Source: Podarcis liolepis (taxonomy: Eukaryota). From it: a stretch of DNA of 64,000 nucleotides. The translations under genes and the position numbers were made by a program. Each line of letters begins with the position of its first letter. Positions within the stretch are counted from its first letter, which is position 1. Location: assembly GCA_965112155.1 (NCBI GenBank), contig OZ218103.1; one strand, 5' to 3'. The notes below the pieces were generated by a model. That model saw only the letters and a program-made list of their open reading frames with translations. It did no database searches and was not told the DNA's origin. Positions 1 through 12,410 of the stretch are shown in pieces.

Positions 1-1699
1 CTTGGGAGGCTTTTAACATTTATTTTTTAGTCTTCAGACCCCCTTTCAGCAGCATATTCAACTAACAAACATGGTTATGCATTATTCTTTAAAGTGGAGG
101 AACAGATTTTCATGACAACTAAATCCAAAGCTATAAAATATAGTAAAATCTGCAAACAAGTTATCAAAGCTGATAACGTCATCTTAGTAATAATACCATT
201 ACTACTTTTGTAAGTTACTGAATTACGGTGTATAGAAAGTTTGTTTGGAATCACTTTAGAGGAAGATTTATAGGGCTTTATATAGAATTGGGAGGTGGGA
301 AAAGAGCAAGTTCCTCGTTCAAACAGAAGCAGATTTTCATCAAGTGCCATACAAAGGCCGACGTTTAGTTGCATTTGTCCACCAGCCGTTATATTTCTGA
401 TAGTCACCTTTCATCAGCCACTCTAGATCCAGCCCTAGAAACCAAGCACTCCACTCTCATTTCAGCATTGCACTTTAAATGAGATTCTTCTCTTCCAACT
501 TGTATTTCCATTGCTTTCTAATTGCTGTGCGTAAGGTTGCGGCGGGACTGTCAAGGACACTTACAGGATGATGCCCGTGAGATTACCAATGAGAAGAGAC
601 ATATCTGCACCCCCATCACACTCATACAATTTTTAGATGGTATTTTCTTGTCTTCGTTTCGGCTACTGCCTCACTTCATTTTTACTAGCAATTCCTGGAA
701 TACATCTCTCTCTTTCCTATGTAGGGTTGGCATGCCAGTACGAAATACTGTCAAATGACTGCCAACTTGACTGCAGTCAAATATTCCATGAAGCCATGAT
801 GTTGACGATACACATATAATTGGTCTGCTATGTGTTGTATACAATTCCTTTTTTAAAAACTGACTTGAATTTTTTATTTTGATCTATTTGTTTTAAAGTG
901 GAATTTCAGGCTGACCTTGGCGTTCCAAAATAAAAGCAAAAAAGAAGGTTTGTTTCAGTGAACAATTAACATCAATAGAGATCTTATCTAACATTGGTTG
1001 CTTTCAGATAATATCCCAAGTCATGGTTTGGAGGACTGGGAATGAGGCACATGCTCACACACTGCCTCTTCCTACCTCCGCTCAAGATCTCAGTTAAATA
1101 CATTGCTTTCTTGTTAAATCAAACTACAGCATGCCAGAAAGGGTATTTGCTGTTTGGGAATCAAGTTGATGCTTTGCAGAGCAATCCAACCCCCACTTAT
1201 GCCAAGCTGTGTGGGTATAGATTGAGCAGAGGCATCCCTCCGCTCAACTCTCCCAGGTGAGTGGGCCTCTGAACAGACAAGAGATCTGCTGGTGATAGCC
1301 CTGCCAGGGAGTAGCCCCAAAATGGGACATTCCAAGGGGTGCGGTGGAACCAGACCAAAATCTGCTGGATCCCGAATTGGTCTTACAGCCATCCCTAGCT
1401 GGCATCTAATCACTGTGCCAGTCTAGAGCATGTGCAGGCCTCATTGTGTTATCCCCCCCCCCCACTAAAAACATGTGATCAGGGCTGTGGTTGTGGGAGT
1501 GAGTTTGGACTGCACCCATAAAAATAAGTGACTGTTAGTTTGCCAACACCTGACCAATTGATGGATCAAGTCTTTTTTTCACCACTCAAATGTTCAACTC
1601 TACCCCATGCTCTCACTCATTTAATCTAGCCAACTTTGACACTGCCATTATGGAAGCACTGAGGGAAAGGGAAACGCTTATGAATCTTAAAATTTGATG

Positions 1700-1834
1700 G
1701 TCTATATTGGGTTGTTTTTTGAATTTGGATTACAGATTTTGTGGTTTTATATTCTGATTTAATCCTGTTAACCACCCTGAGACCTGCGGGTATAGGGTGG
1801 TTTATAATTTAAATAAATAAATAAATAAATAAAT
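1700..1834 (+). mobile_element. L2-type LINE 3' end with (TAAA)n tail
   Basis: T-rich UTR, stem-loop ACCACCCTG...TAGGGTGGT, then (AAAT)5. Confidence 0.7.
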
Positions 1835-2094
1835 GGTTGGTGTTTTTTTAATGATGAGACAACACAAATACTAGACGAGATCTGATACACAATTAATGCA
1901 GAAGTATGCCATATGCAAAAAACAACTTTGTTTTGGGAGAAGGTTGCAAAGGGTCAAGGCGGCGATAAATGAAGCCCATGGGCTGCCAGTTGGCAACCAC
2001 TGGTTCAGATTACACTTTTTAATGTAACAACTGTAGGATTTTGTTAGGGGAAAGCGTGTAAAGTGAGTAGTAGAGCACAATCTTTTCATATGCA

Positions 2095-2170
2095 AGGTTT
2101 CGGTATCAGGTAATAGGGAAGACCTCTGCCTGAGATCCTGGAGCTCTGCTGCTGTAGCCACCAGACCGTG
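2095..2170 (+). mobile_element. Fragment of the same tRNA SINE family
   Basis: ATCAGGTA...GAAGACCTCTGCCTGAGATCCTGGAG...CTGCTG parallels 18447-18497. Confidence 0.5.
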
Positions 2171-3150
2171 AATACAATCACGCAAGTGGGAGAAAAGCAA
2201 TAAGGCCTCCAAAGGGTTAATCTCTTCTCCAGATGTTCTCAGCAGTGGCTCCCCAGGAAGTCAAGAGCAGTCAATGTGCAGTATGGCTCAGAGGATTCTT
2301 CTTCCCCTCCTCAAGCCTGTCTTACCAAGTAGGTTGGAGGGGTTGTTGTTTTTCATCACACTGCCTTGGTCTCTTGCTTTCCAGTCTCTGTAACGCTCCC
2401 TCTTTCCAAGGATTAAAGAGGATCTGAACTTGGAAAGGTGGGGTTCTGGTGGGGAGGACTTAGCCCAAGTTAAAAACTCATTAATGTGCAAAGACTAGAG
2501 CTCTTTTGAATCTCGTTACAGGATGTTAACACACTGGAGGTCTCTTGATGTTCCCACAGCAACCACTGTGGGAGTTCCCAGACGCTAGGCAACCCTCCCA
2601 TGACCCTGGCTGACCTTTCACCTTCTATGACCCTTGCCACAATGTAAGCGCGCGCTATTGAATCCCAGGACGTTTTTCAGCTGGGCCCCACCATTGAAAC
2701 CTAAGGATTTCCCCCTAACACCATCAAATTTGCTAGAGAAAGATGGGAAGTGATCCCTCCATTCTTTCCACTCTCTTCAGAAAGAGTCTGCGGAAGCCTC
2801 ACTGGAAGTTGTTTCTAATAGTCTACTCCTTGCAAGGAGGTGGGAGTTGTTCTCCCCATTCCCCCAGTGCACGTTCAGAGCAGCAAAATTACAATACAGC
2901 AACTGCATGTTTACTGTAGGCTAAAGCAGCTTTCAGACTACAGATATACAGACCCTTCTGAGCTAAAGCATGAGTGGGAATATAAATAGACACTCCCAAG
3001 ACTGCTTTGAAAATGAACACATTTCAGAATGAACAAGGCACCACAGAGCATTTTGCTGGAGCCACATTTCAAGACCCAGGCTACCTAGAATGAAGGGCTC
3101 TTGACCCACAGACCTTCAAAATGTGTGGAAATAGCCATAACATAATTTTA

Positions 3151-3557
3151 AGGTAAAGGTAAAGGTATCCCTGCCCGTACGGGCCAGTCGTGACCGACTC
3201 TAGGGTTGCGCGCTCATCTCGCTCAAGAGGCCGTGAGCCGGCACCGCCCGAAGACACTTCCGGGTCACGTGGCCAGCGTGACGAAGCTGCAGCTGGCGAG
3301 CCAGCACCAGCGCAGCACACGGAAACGCCGTTACCTTCCCGCTATAAAGCGGTACCTATTTATCTACTTGCACTTAAGGGTGCTTTCGAACTGCTAGGTG
3401 GGCAGGAGCTGGGACCGAACGACGGGAGCTCACCCCGCCGCGGGGATTCGAACCGCCAACCATGCGATCAGCAAGTCCTAGGCACTGAGGTTTTACGCAC
3501 AGCGCCACCCCAAGTCCTAGGCACTGAGGTTTTACCCACAGCACCACCTGCGTCCCC
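3151..3557 (-). mobile_element. Sauria SINE, full length, CpG-rich, with internal 39-bp duplication
   Basis: tRNA-derived head (GGGGACGCAGGTGGTGCTGTGG..., B box GGTTCGAATCC at 3454-3444) and (ACCTTT)n tail. Perfect 13-bp TSD TAACATAATTTTA at 3138-3150 and 3558-3570. Confidence 0.95.
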
Positions 3558-4073
3558 TAACATAATTTTACTGATTCTTAAATCGCTGTTTCACTGGACC
3601 ATACAGAGAGCTCAAATGGAACACAATCCCCCACCCCTCCATCTCCCAAAAGAAGACATTGTTCAGGTCAGAGCCGCAACACATATGTCCATATTGACTG
3701 CACTAGGAAAGTTTTACGGATATGTGGATAGATATTTCCTATTCTGGCAACCTGTTCCAAAACACGCCCTATGAAGACTTGTACCCATAATTTGAAAAAA
3801 GAAAAAAATAGCAATGTTATGGGTAATAACAAGCTTGAAGCTGGACAGATGAAGCCTGGCATATTTTAAGAGAATTAATTACCATGATCACCTCCATCAC
3901 AGCTAGTTTTATTATCAGGATTTCAGATCTTCCTACTGCCGTTTCCATCTCCACAAGCAGTTCATTGGTGACCAGATTGCTTTTGTAGGCATCTGAAAAG
4001 TCTTTATCTATGGTATGACTACACACAGAAGCATTATAATACACAACACTTCTTTATGCCAGTACAGCCAACA

Positions 4074-4170
4074 TGGTACCCTCCAGCTGTTTTTGGACTC
4101 CCAGGTCCCATCAGCCCAAGCCAACATGGCCAATGGTCAGGGATGGTAAGAGTTGTAGTCCAACATCTGG
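4074..4170. mobile_element. Short hAT-derived MITE ('GGACTACAA...TTGTAGTCC' family)
   Basis: CCTCCAG.TGTT..TGGACT...CCCATCAGCCC...GTTGTAGTCCAACATCTGGA. Relatives at 12285-12410 and 59697-59785. Confidence 0.6.
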
Positions 4171-4225
4171 ATAGTAATACATTGACTATCCTTGCCTTAT
4201 TGCATGTGTACAAATTGCATGTGAG

Positions 4226-4295
4226 TCACAGAATCATATAATTGTAGAGTTTGAAGGGATCCCATGGGTCATCTAGTCCAACCCCCTGCAATGCA
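4226..4295 (-). mobile_element. CR1-type 3' end (LINE or SINE tail)
   Basis: CACAGAATCAT...TAGAGTTTGAAGGGATCCC..GGGTCATCTAGTCCAACCCCCTGCAATGCA. Homologous copies at 8161-8234, 35124-35196 (+) and 60674-60746. Confidence 0.7.
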
Positions 4296-5854
4296 TTATC
4301 TGCATAAAGTTGTGCAACAAATGCGATAAGGACTGTTTAAAAAGCATTAGTGCTTCTGCATGAAGAATTATCACAGATATTTTGAGCAGTTGGCAAAGGC
4401 AAGTGGCAACATCTATACCAAGACATATGCATACAAGATCATTGACTATCTTATGTATATTTCAATGCAACAGTATCAGTGTGCTTACAGAGCCAGAAGC
4501 GAAATACGACAGTATTGTTATTGCTGGGTTGTTGTTTTTTATATAAAACAACAACAACAAGTAGGTGCTGCAGAATGACTTTTTTTTTTTAAGTCCCTGG
4601 GTACAGGCTCACAACTGAATTAAAGACCGGACACATTACAGAGAAAAAGGAAGGAAAGTAAATGAAACTATAACGTGGCTGTTCTGTTTTCCTGACAGCA
4701 GCACACAGTGTTTAGTGTTTTCTCAGAGTCTGCCTTGTATCAAATTGGAAAGGGCAAGCTCCACAGGAGAAAGGTTACTTGGAGGTGGGGGGAAAGACAG
4801 GAACCCAAAAGAGCTGCAATACCCACAAACACTGGGAACGTAGGGCTGGGAGGTTTGATTAATTGACCAACTTTCAAAGGATATAGAAGCATGACTGGGC
4901 ATTTAGGTTACTGTAGCACTTTATGTGTGATTTTTTTTCCCCTTTGCATGGAAAAAGGTTCCCGCAGGGGCAATATGATCTATTAGGTAACAGGTCAAAG
5001 TTTGGGAGTTAGCCATGTATAACAAAACAAATCAAATCTACAAGGTCAAATCTTTGTTTCATAAGTTATTACTTTAGACATCTAGCAATAACCAAGTTTG
5101 GCTGTCAGAGCTCAGACTTGATACCCAGTTGCCAAATCATATGCTGGAGCTTCTGCTTTGCCCTCTGATAAATGGAGACCTTTCTGCGACACATAAAAGA
5201 AATAGCTCCAGGAACCACTGAACTTTCCAACACATCTGCATGCAGCACTCAAGGGATCTGCTTGCCCATCCCAGATTTCTTTCTTCAACCATCCTGAATT
5301 CAAGTTCAGCAGCTCCTCTCTTCCTAACATCCTCCTCCCTTTTTCTAGCCTCAGGACCATACGCCAGCTGCAGGTCACACAGCCTCCTTGTTTCTTTCAT
5401 CTCTATTTAAACAAGCTCTTCAGCTCTGCCCGTTGCATGGAAACAGACACTCCGTCTTGTTCAAAAGTGACGAGCGCTCTCTTGCCAGTGCTGTTTGTTT
5501 CAGTCTAAACTCCTGTCAGATGCCTGACTTCTGACTCTCTCTGTTTATCTCCCTCTCCTTCTGTCACCTCATTACTCCACAGCCCAGCTCACGTTTCCAG
5601 GCCTTGTTTACCAAAAGCTCAGGAGTTGGGCACTTTGTCTGATGGGAAGAGGTGGAGAGAACATGTTATACCTGCACAGCAGCTGGAATAACCACAACAA
5701 AATCCTCTACTGTGATCTTCAAAATGTGTTCTTACAGTATGTGTACCATGAACAGATCTCTTCAGTGAAGCAACATCAGCAGGGTCTTGGGTTGCAGCTA
5801 CTTTATAAAATATACCAACCTTAAGAGAACAAAAAATCATTGAGTTGACCAAGC

Positions 5855-5950
5855 AGAGGCCTCAAAACCAGGAATCTGATAGTTCTAATCCCTACTCTGA
5901 GCCTTATTGTTGTTTGGGCAAATCACTTTGTCTCTCTGTAGGAAAATGGT
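5855..5950 (+). mobile_element. Degenerate MIR-like SINE
   Basis: GTTCTAATCCCTACTCTG...TTGGGCAAATCACTT...CTCTCTGT...AAAATGG. Confidence 0.45.
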
Positions 5951-8160
5951 CGATGTGCTACTGCCTTCCATGTGGAGCACAATCAGCAAAGGCTTATGTT
6001 GTTCTAGGTGTTTGGTCATTTTGCAGTAACCCAATGACACTTGCATGGGAATCAGCATTCAAAATCATTACCTCCTTTGCCAAAGGAATAGAATGCAGCA
6101 TTAAGAAGGCACCTAGCTCATAGTGCAAGCCAGAGACTACACAACTTGGGGGGAAGGGTTGAGAGATTTTTTCAAATAGGCCGGGGGGGGGGCACACATC
6201 CAGAAGTATTCTGGAAAAGGGCTATTATATTTTTGCACCAGACATCTCCAGAAAAACAAAAGTAGCTCAGTTAATCCCACAATGAACTCCATAAAAAGCA
6301 TGTGGATGGAGCTGTAGAATTTCTATACAGACAGCACTGAATCATATAAAATCCTAGAAGCAAGCACTGTCTAGACATACTTATTAAAGTCCACCTACTA
6401 GTCTGCGTTCATCAAACATGATCAGATCCAGGATGTCCATACTCAAACTTTGGGAGATGATTCATGTATGCAGGTGAATTAGAGAATGCTATCACCCAGA
6501 GCAAACTAAATGCATCTAGCATGTCAAAAGCAACTGTTCTGAAATGTGTAGTGCTGAACACCACATATACAAACACACTGTATTATATAAGTAGCTTCAA
6601 CAAATACCTGTAACACAGGATAAAGCAGGAGATGTGTGTGTGTGTGTGTGTGTGTTGAGCTTCATATATACAAATGGCTTTTGACACAGAAAATACATGT
6701 CCAAAATCGCCCTAACAAAGACTAGCTATTATTCTGAAGCAGCAAGTTTTAATCTGTCTTTCCATATTTGATGGCATTAGCCATTTGCCCTCTAGAAGTA
6801 GTTTTATTACATTCTAGGCCTTAACTCTTCATGTGGCAGGAATTTTACTAACTGGTTGCGTAATATGTTCACCAATATCTCTCCCCCCCCCCAGCCTTTT
6901 ATTTACAGTCCACTTATTATTTTTCTAGTCCTCCTCCTGAGAATTAGTCTTGGGGGTTTTTCTGTTTCGTTTTTAAAGAAGAAGTGAGAGATGGCGCATT
7001 TGGGATCTGAAGCACAAGGAAGAGACAGAAGTTGTCAGACAGGAACAGACCAATGGCTCAGAAGCCTCTTTAAACAGGGGCAGATATAGGATGCTACTGG
7101 AGAAGGTGTAAATCCTTCATGAAGCACCTAATTGTGCAAAACTCTATATATGGGGACATTTATTACTGACCCCAGCTGCTGCTCAGCTTGTTCCCTGAAG
7201 CATGAAGATTGATGGCACCAATGGTTCTCATCTGAGCTACTGTCACTGCAGATGCCATCTGCGTTCAGAAGTCTCCTTTGCCTTTAAATACCGTCTCACA
7301 CTGGTGAATTCTACAGGTTAATTATATGCAGTGGTGAGTGGGCAGGGGCATGGAAGAAAGGCAAACGTTACTTGGGATAATGATTCTTCCGTCCGCCCCC
7401 CCCCCCAATAACCTTCTTTTAGTTACTTCACACCTAAGCTCTTTCATTTCTGGTGAAGAAAAGAGCACAAGAAGTACAGTTGCTCCCCTTTACTACTATA
7501 TTTATTGGTACATCCCACTATAAAGTGACTTGCCTCCAGTAGAAGGTGCCCAGGAAGGAGCTGGCGCAAGGAAGTTCATTTAAATTGCAGCAGGTGGGGA
7601 TTTCTCATTTTTGGTCAGACCCTTGGGGTACTTGAAAAAGCTTAAATGCTGTGTGAATGTGTAAATTATAAAAATATAAGCAAATATATATTGCCCTAAG
7701 GCAGGTATATGGGAGCACTCGGAAAACTGACCAAAATGACACATCTCCACAAGGTATTGCAATTTAAAAACAACCTCCTTCTCCTTTACTTCCTAAGCAT
7801 GTTCTACTGGAAGCAAGGCAGCTTCTCTACATAGTGAGATATGGCTATGGACATCTAAGTCTGTTGCAAGAGATTCTGTACATTGTTTGGCAAGGTAGGC
7901 AAAATGTCCTTGCAGTTAGAACAAGAGACTCAAGTTAGTACTTTTATGTCCCATTCCTTAGACCTAGAATGGAAGAGAACAGGTTCCCAAATGTCTACCT
8001 TCCCTTGAGTGCTTTTTGAAGGAAATCCTATGGAACCAGGCACATAAAAAGCAGTAGCTGATCATTCATATTGCCTTATCAAAAAGAACCATAGGTTTGG
8101 GGGGTACTTGATTCCTGCAAGATCCTCCTCAAGTTAATCTCAGAAAAGTCCACATAGAAA

Positions 8161-8234
8161 CACAGAATTGTATTGTTAGAAGGGACCCCAGGGGTCATTC
8201 TAGTCCAACCATCCGGCAATGCAGGAATCTCAAC
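8161..8234 (-). mobile_element. CR1-type 3' end
   Basis: Homologous to 4226-4295. Confidence 0.7.
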
Positions 8235-10662
8235 ATGGCTGACCAATTGTGGTATAGCATTTTCCACAGCCATCTCTTCAAGAGAGTTCTGCCACAGAGC
8301 AAGACAGGATATCATATCTGCCTTTGGACAAGCAAATGCAGTAAAGATGTAGGCATAGTATTAGTTGCCACTCTGTGGCACATGGTAAGTCGCAAAACAG
8401 TGGCATACATATTACATCAAGCCAAACCACACAGTATTATAACCCCCACATTGTTGATGTCAGATGATTGACAGGTGGGTTGTCCTGCTCACCTATCTAG
8501 TCCCTTGCACGGAACATCCCAAGTGACTGCCAGCCAGCTGGTTATCAAGCACTTGGGAATTGCAGCACAAGCGTCAGTCCTATGCTCAGCACTGAACGTA
8601 GGGCTTGCAAAGTGCTTTGTGCACCACTGCTCAAACGCCTGATAGTCAGCTGTCTATTGGGAGCTAGTGAAGTGCTGCACATAACGCTTTGCAAGCCCTG
8701 TGCAATCAAGCTCCCCATGGGGAACTCAGTCGTGCAACCTATTTAGCCACATCTCTCCTTGCATCACAACTGATGTCACATATGGCATCACATGTAGGGC
8801 AGCGGGGCACTATTTCAGGAAAACAGGCCCAACAGGCTTATTTGGTCCAGAGTCCATGTGTCATTCTCTCCTCCAATAGTAAAACCACTGCAATACAAAA
8901 AGTTGTGTGTTTGGTTGGTTTTTTGTTTGTTTGTTTGTTTGTTTTAAAAAAGCAGTCTCACACAATGGGGGCAGAGGAGATGAATTACTTGAGCATTTAG
9001 CTGTAAATGTCCCACACACACACACATTGTACATCCTGACAAAGCAATAGCTTTAAATCAGGAGCAATCGCTTTTACGCGTTCCCACAGTGGCTTAGGCC
9101 AAACAGCACCAGGTTCATGCTACTCAGTGAGTACTGCATAATACTTTACCTGGGCAATGAGTGAGCACACATCTGTTTACTAGAGCCCACAATACTGTTA
9201 AACTAATTGCAGTGCCAAGCCCCAAGGCACCATGAAGACAGCCTTACTACAGCCACACACGCCCCTCTGAAGGAGGGGGAGAACTGTGTCTCTTTCATTC
9301 AGCAGGGGTGACTCTGAGAAGCATGACATGCATGATTACCCTTCAGATCAGGGGAACAGTGGCTTAACTGCATGAGAAACGGCTGTTATTCAGGTAATGG
9401 ATTTACAGTGCTCACTACTAAAGTATCAGACACAGCAATTTTTTACAGCTTTCACGCTGGAATTTACAACTTAAGACGAGAGGCGATCTCCGTATGAGTC
9501 TGGGCTCATTGCCTTATTTAGTATCTGAGGTTACTAAAGTTTCCTCTTAAGTTTGTTTTGAAAGGTAAATTGTAAGCACTTAAATCCATACACAAACACA
9601 TGCAAATGCTACATAAAAATTATATGCACATATATGCCTAAGAAATGGACACAAAAAACCCTGTAGTGCATGTGTTCCTATTTTCCTTTACACGCAGCAC
9701 ATTTAGAAAGACCACCAAAACAGAGCTGAACTGTGTGAGCATGGGCAAACACACAGTATGCCAAAGGGGAACTCTGGCATGTACTCTTTGTTACCTCCAA
9801 ATACCTGGCCAAGCAGGGTAGCTAGTGCTTCTAATTTGGGACTACTTAATCCCTGATTTGAAGGAAAGACAGCAAATATGTGGAGTACCTTCACAATGTG
9901 GCACCCATGTGTGTATTTGAGTCAGCTCCAAAGGGTAACACTGCTGTGAGCATACAAGATCACCTTTAGGACTTTGTGTGAGCAGAAAGAATCCACAGTG
10001 ACATGGTAACAATTGTTACGGCTGGTCAGTTTTCAAGGCAGGTGACAGTGCAGTGTTTGTAAGATGTGATTCATTGGGCTGCCCCAAAAGCCTGCTAGTA
10101 CTACACAATGCCAGCACTACACTGGCTTACTTGCAAAGCTGGAGATAGAAAAAAAACACATGAACAGTATCAGTAAAGTATGTACACAACTGAAGGAGGA
10201 TGGTTCATACTCAGAGGAACACCTTCCAATAGGGTTGGCCACAAGATTAAGTATGCTTGCAGTTACAAGTGGACATACAAACAGCCATGAGCCAATCTGT
10301 TCACATGACTCTAAGAATATCCTGTCACTGAATGGGAAGTGTGGGGTACAGAGAAAAAGAAGCAGAGTGTGAAGACACAAGGATCCGTCATAAACTAAGT
10401 CAAACATTTTGGTAAAAGTAAGCTGGAATGCTAATTTAAGGTATGCACATACCTAGGCATAAATGCCAATTAACCTACCCTATTCATGACTTATTATCTT
10501 TCCATTGCCCTTTTTCTGCATTCTACTATACCACATAGTAGTATAAAGATCAAGGAAAAGGTTTGGGATCCGTTTTAGATCAACCTGTTCCTAACAGGTT
10601 GAGAGAAGCACTCAAAAGGTAGGTAAGCAAGAAAGTGTCTGGAAGAATCAAATCCTCAGTAC

Positions 10663-10845
10663 CTGCTGCTGCTGAAAATGCAAGAGTTCCACTGGGCTCA
10701 TTTCTCCATTGGTTTCTCCACTGGCTCCTCCTTCTCTTCCACATCCACCACCACCTCCTCCATCAGTTGGATTGTTTAGGCTGCTGACCCCATTCTGACT
10801 GGAGGGAGTAGAACGTATTGTCTCCGAGGCAGATTCAACCATCAT
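10663..10845 (-). CDS. FOXP4: FOXP4 first coding exon (N-terminal 61 aa of forkhead box protein P4)
   Basis: Translation [61 protein letters not shown] matches the known FOXP4 N-terminus ([12 protein letters not shown]...[16 protein letters not shown]). It ends at a phase-0 donor CAG|GTACTG (GT = 10662-10661). The downstream exons lie beyond position 1. Confidence 0.97.
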
Positions 10846-10861
10846 GACTTGCTAGCAGCAC
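10846..10861 (-). other. FOXP4: 16-nt 5'UTR part of the first coding exon, with splice acceptor
   Basis: Minus strand reads ...gactgctttgcttatgcag|GTGCTGCTAGCAAGTC ATGATG. The acceptor AG is at 10863-10862, giving a 199-nt exon. Confidence 0.85.
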
Positions 10862-12284
10862 CTGCATAAGCAAAGCAGTCTATTACAAGAGCATAAATTT
10901 CAGCTGAAGCTACTATCTATCTCTGCACAATGTTGTTCACACTGCAACAGCGTTCAGTTGTCCCATTTTACGACAAGGAATTTCATTAGTGCAAGGAGTT
11001 TCTGAGCTCTGAACGCAGTACTGCGCCTAGGATTCAGATTAAAACTGCAGAGTGGAAGGAAAGGAGGACCTTTTTCTGCCTCCCCACTTCTAGGTACAGG
11101 AGAAGAGACCCTCTTAAGAATATTAGGGGGGTGGACACGGGAAGGACTAGACAATGTGAAAAATAAACATAATATTCTAGCTGCAGTTCATTCATTTTCA
11201 GCTTTGAATTCTTGTTATAGAAAAACACGCCTGGGCATTCAGTTGTTTCGCCCATAACCTCAGTTTAAGGTGCCATTTAGCGCCTAGCTTTCATATCAGC
11301 TTCAAACACTGCACTGCAATGACCTAAGCACGACAGACTCCTCCCCATCCCAGATGTATAAATGCCCCAAGACATCCAGGAAGCAGGAACCAATGGGACA
11401 TTTGCCAGAGAACAGCTGTGCCCACAAAGTTGTTTAGTACAGCAACGTCTTCAGTACACACACCAACATGTCCTCTTTTTTACCAAGTGAAACTCTCATA
11501 GAAATTAAAATAGCTTAGCTGCTAGGAGTCGTTTTCATAACACACTTGCTCTGGGCCTGCTCCAATGCATAGAATTTGGAGAAGCTCCTTACTTAGTAGA
11601 AACCAGTAGAAGAAAAAGAAGAAAAGAATCCCTCATACAGAGTTTAGAAGTCAAAAGCATCACAAGAGGCCTAGGAGAAAGTATATCTGCCACCTACCTG
11701 AAACATTGTGAGAAACAGGCACTTCCATGACTGCTTCCAATGACATGCCTCAATCGGGGGGGGGGGGGGGTTGAAGCCCAGTTCAACAGGTTCACTCACA
11801 CAACATGAGATCTACTAAATGAACCACTGACTATATTTTTGTTGTTGTGATCATATTATGGATTATGATGCCTTGCATGGCCTAGTGAATAAAGTCCGCT
11901 AGAGTAAACCTCTGAAGATAAAATGTGGTTTCTGCACTCTAAATGGGCGTATCAGCATAATGATTTCAAAAGAAAATGATGGCGCAACAAAGGACTTCCC
12001 ACATGAGTTGATGGAGTTGGCAATTTAATATTTCCAAGTCTCCTACCTAGCCATGCAGTCAGCACATACACATCTGGATAAACTAAGATTTCATAAGAAA
12101 AGCAGGAGGTACTTCAGGAAATGTTTGCCTTTGAAAAGACCCTTGCCCCCCCCATCTTCCACAAAATGCTGTTAAAAACCAAAGCATTTCTTCACCTTAA
12201 CATGTAAATTGCAATGAATATGAAAGTTTTCAATTTCTATAGTTTGTCTTAGTGGTGATTACATCAACATAAAACCTGTTAAAC

Positions 12285-12410
12285 CAGGGGTGGGGAGCCT
12301 CTGATCCTCCAGATGTGTTTGGACTACAATGCCCACCACAGCTAACCACTGACCATGATGCCGTGGGCTGACTGGAGAAGCAGTCTAACACCACATGGAG
12401 GGTCACAGCA
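12285..12410. mobile_element. Short hAT-derived MITE, same family
   Basis: CAGGGGTGGGGAGCCT...CCTCCAGATGT...GGACTACAA...TGGAGGG. Confidence 0.6.

Larger units (their letters stand above)
1..10662 (-). other. FOXP4: FOXP4 intron downstream of the first coding exon (partial)
   Basis: Starts at the GT donor at 10662. I saw no sequence encoding the next FOXP4 exon (ALQVARQ-like) between 1 and 10662. Confidence 0.75.

Noticed and set aside
3190-3774. 194-aa ORF with a repeated QVLGTEVL motif
   Set aside because: It lies in the antisense strand of a Sauria SINE, and the peptide repeat is just the 39-bp duplication.
10648-10662. C-terminal VLRI* of the 65-aa ORF
   Set aside because: Read-through past the splice donor into the intron.
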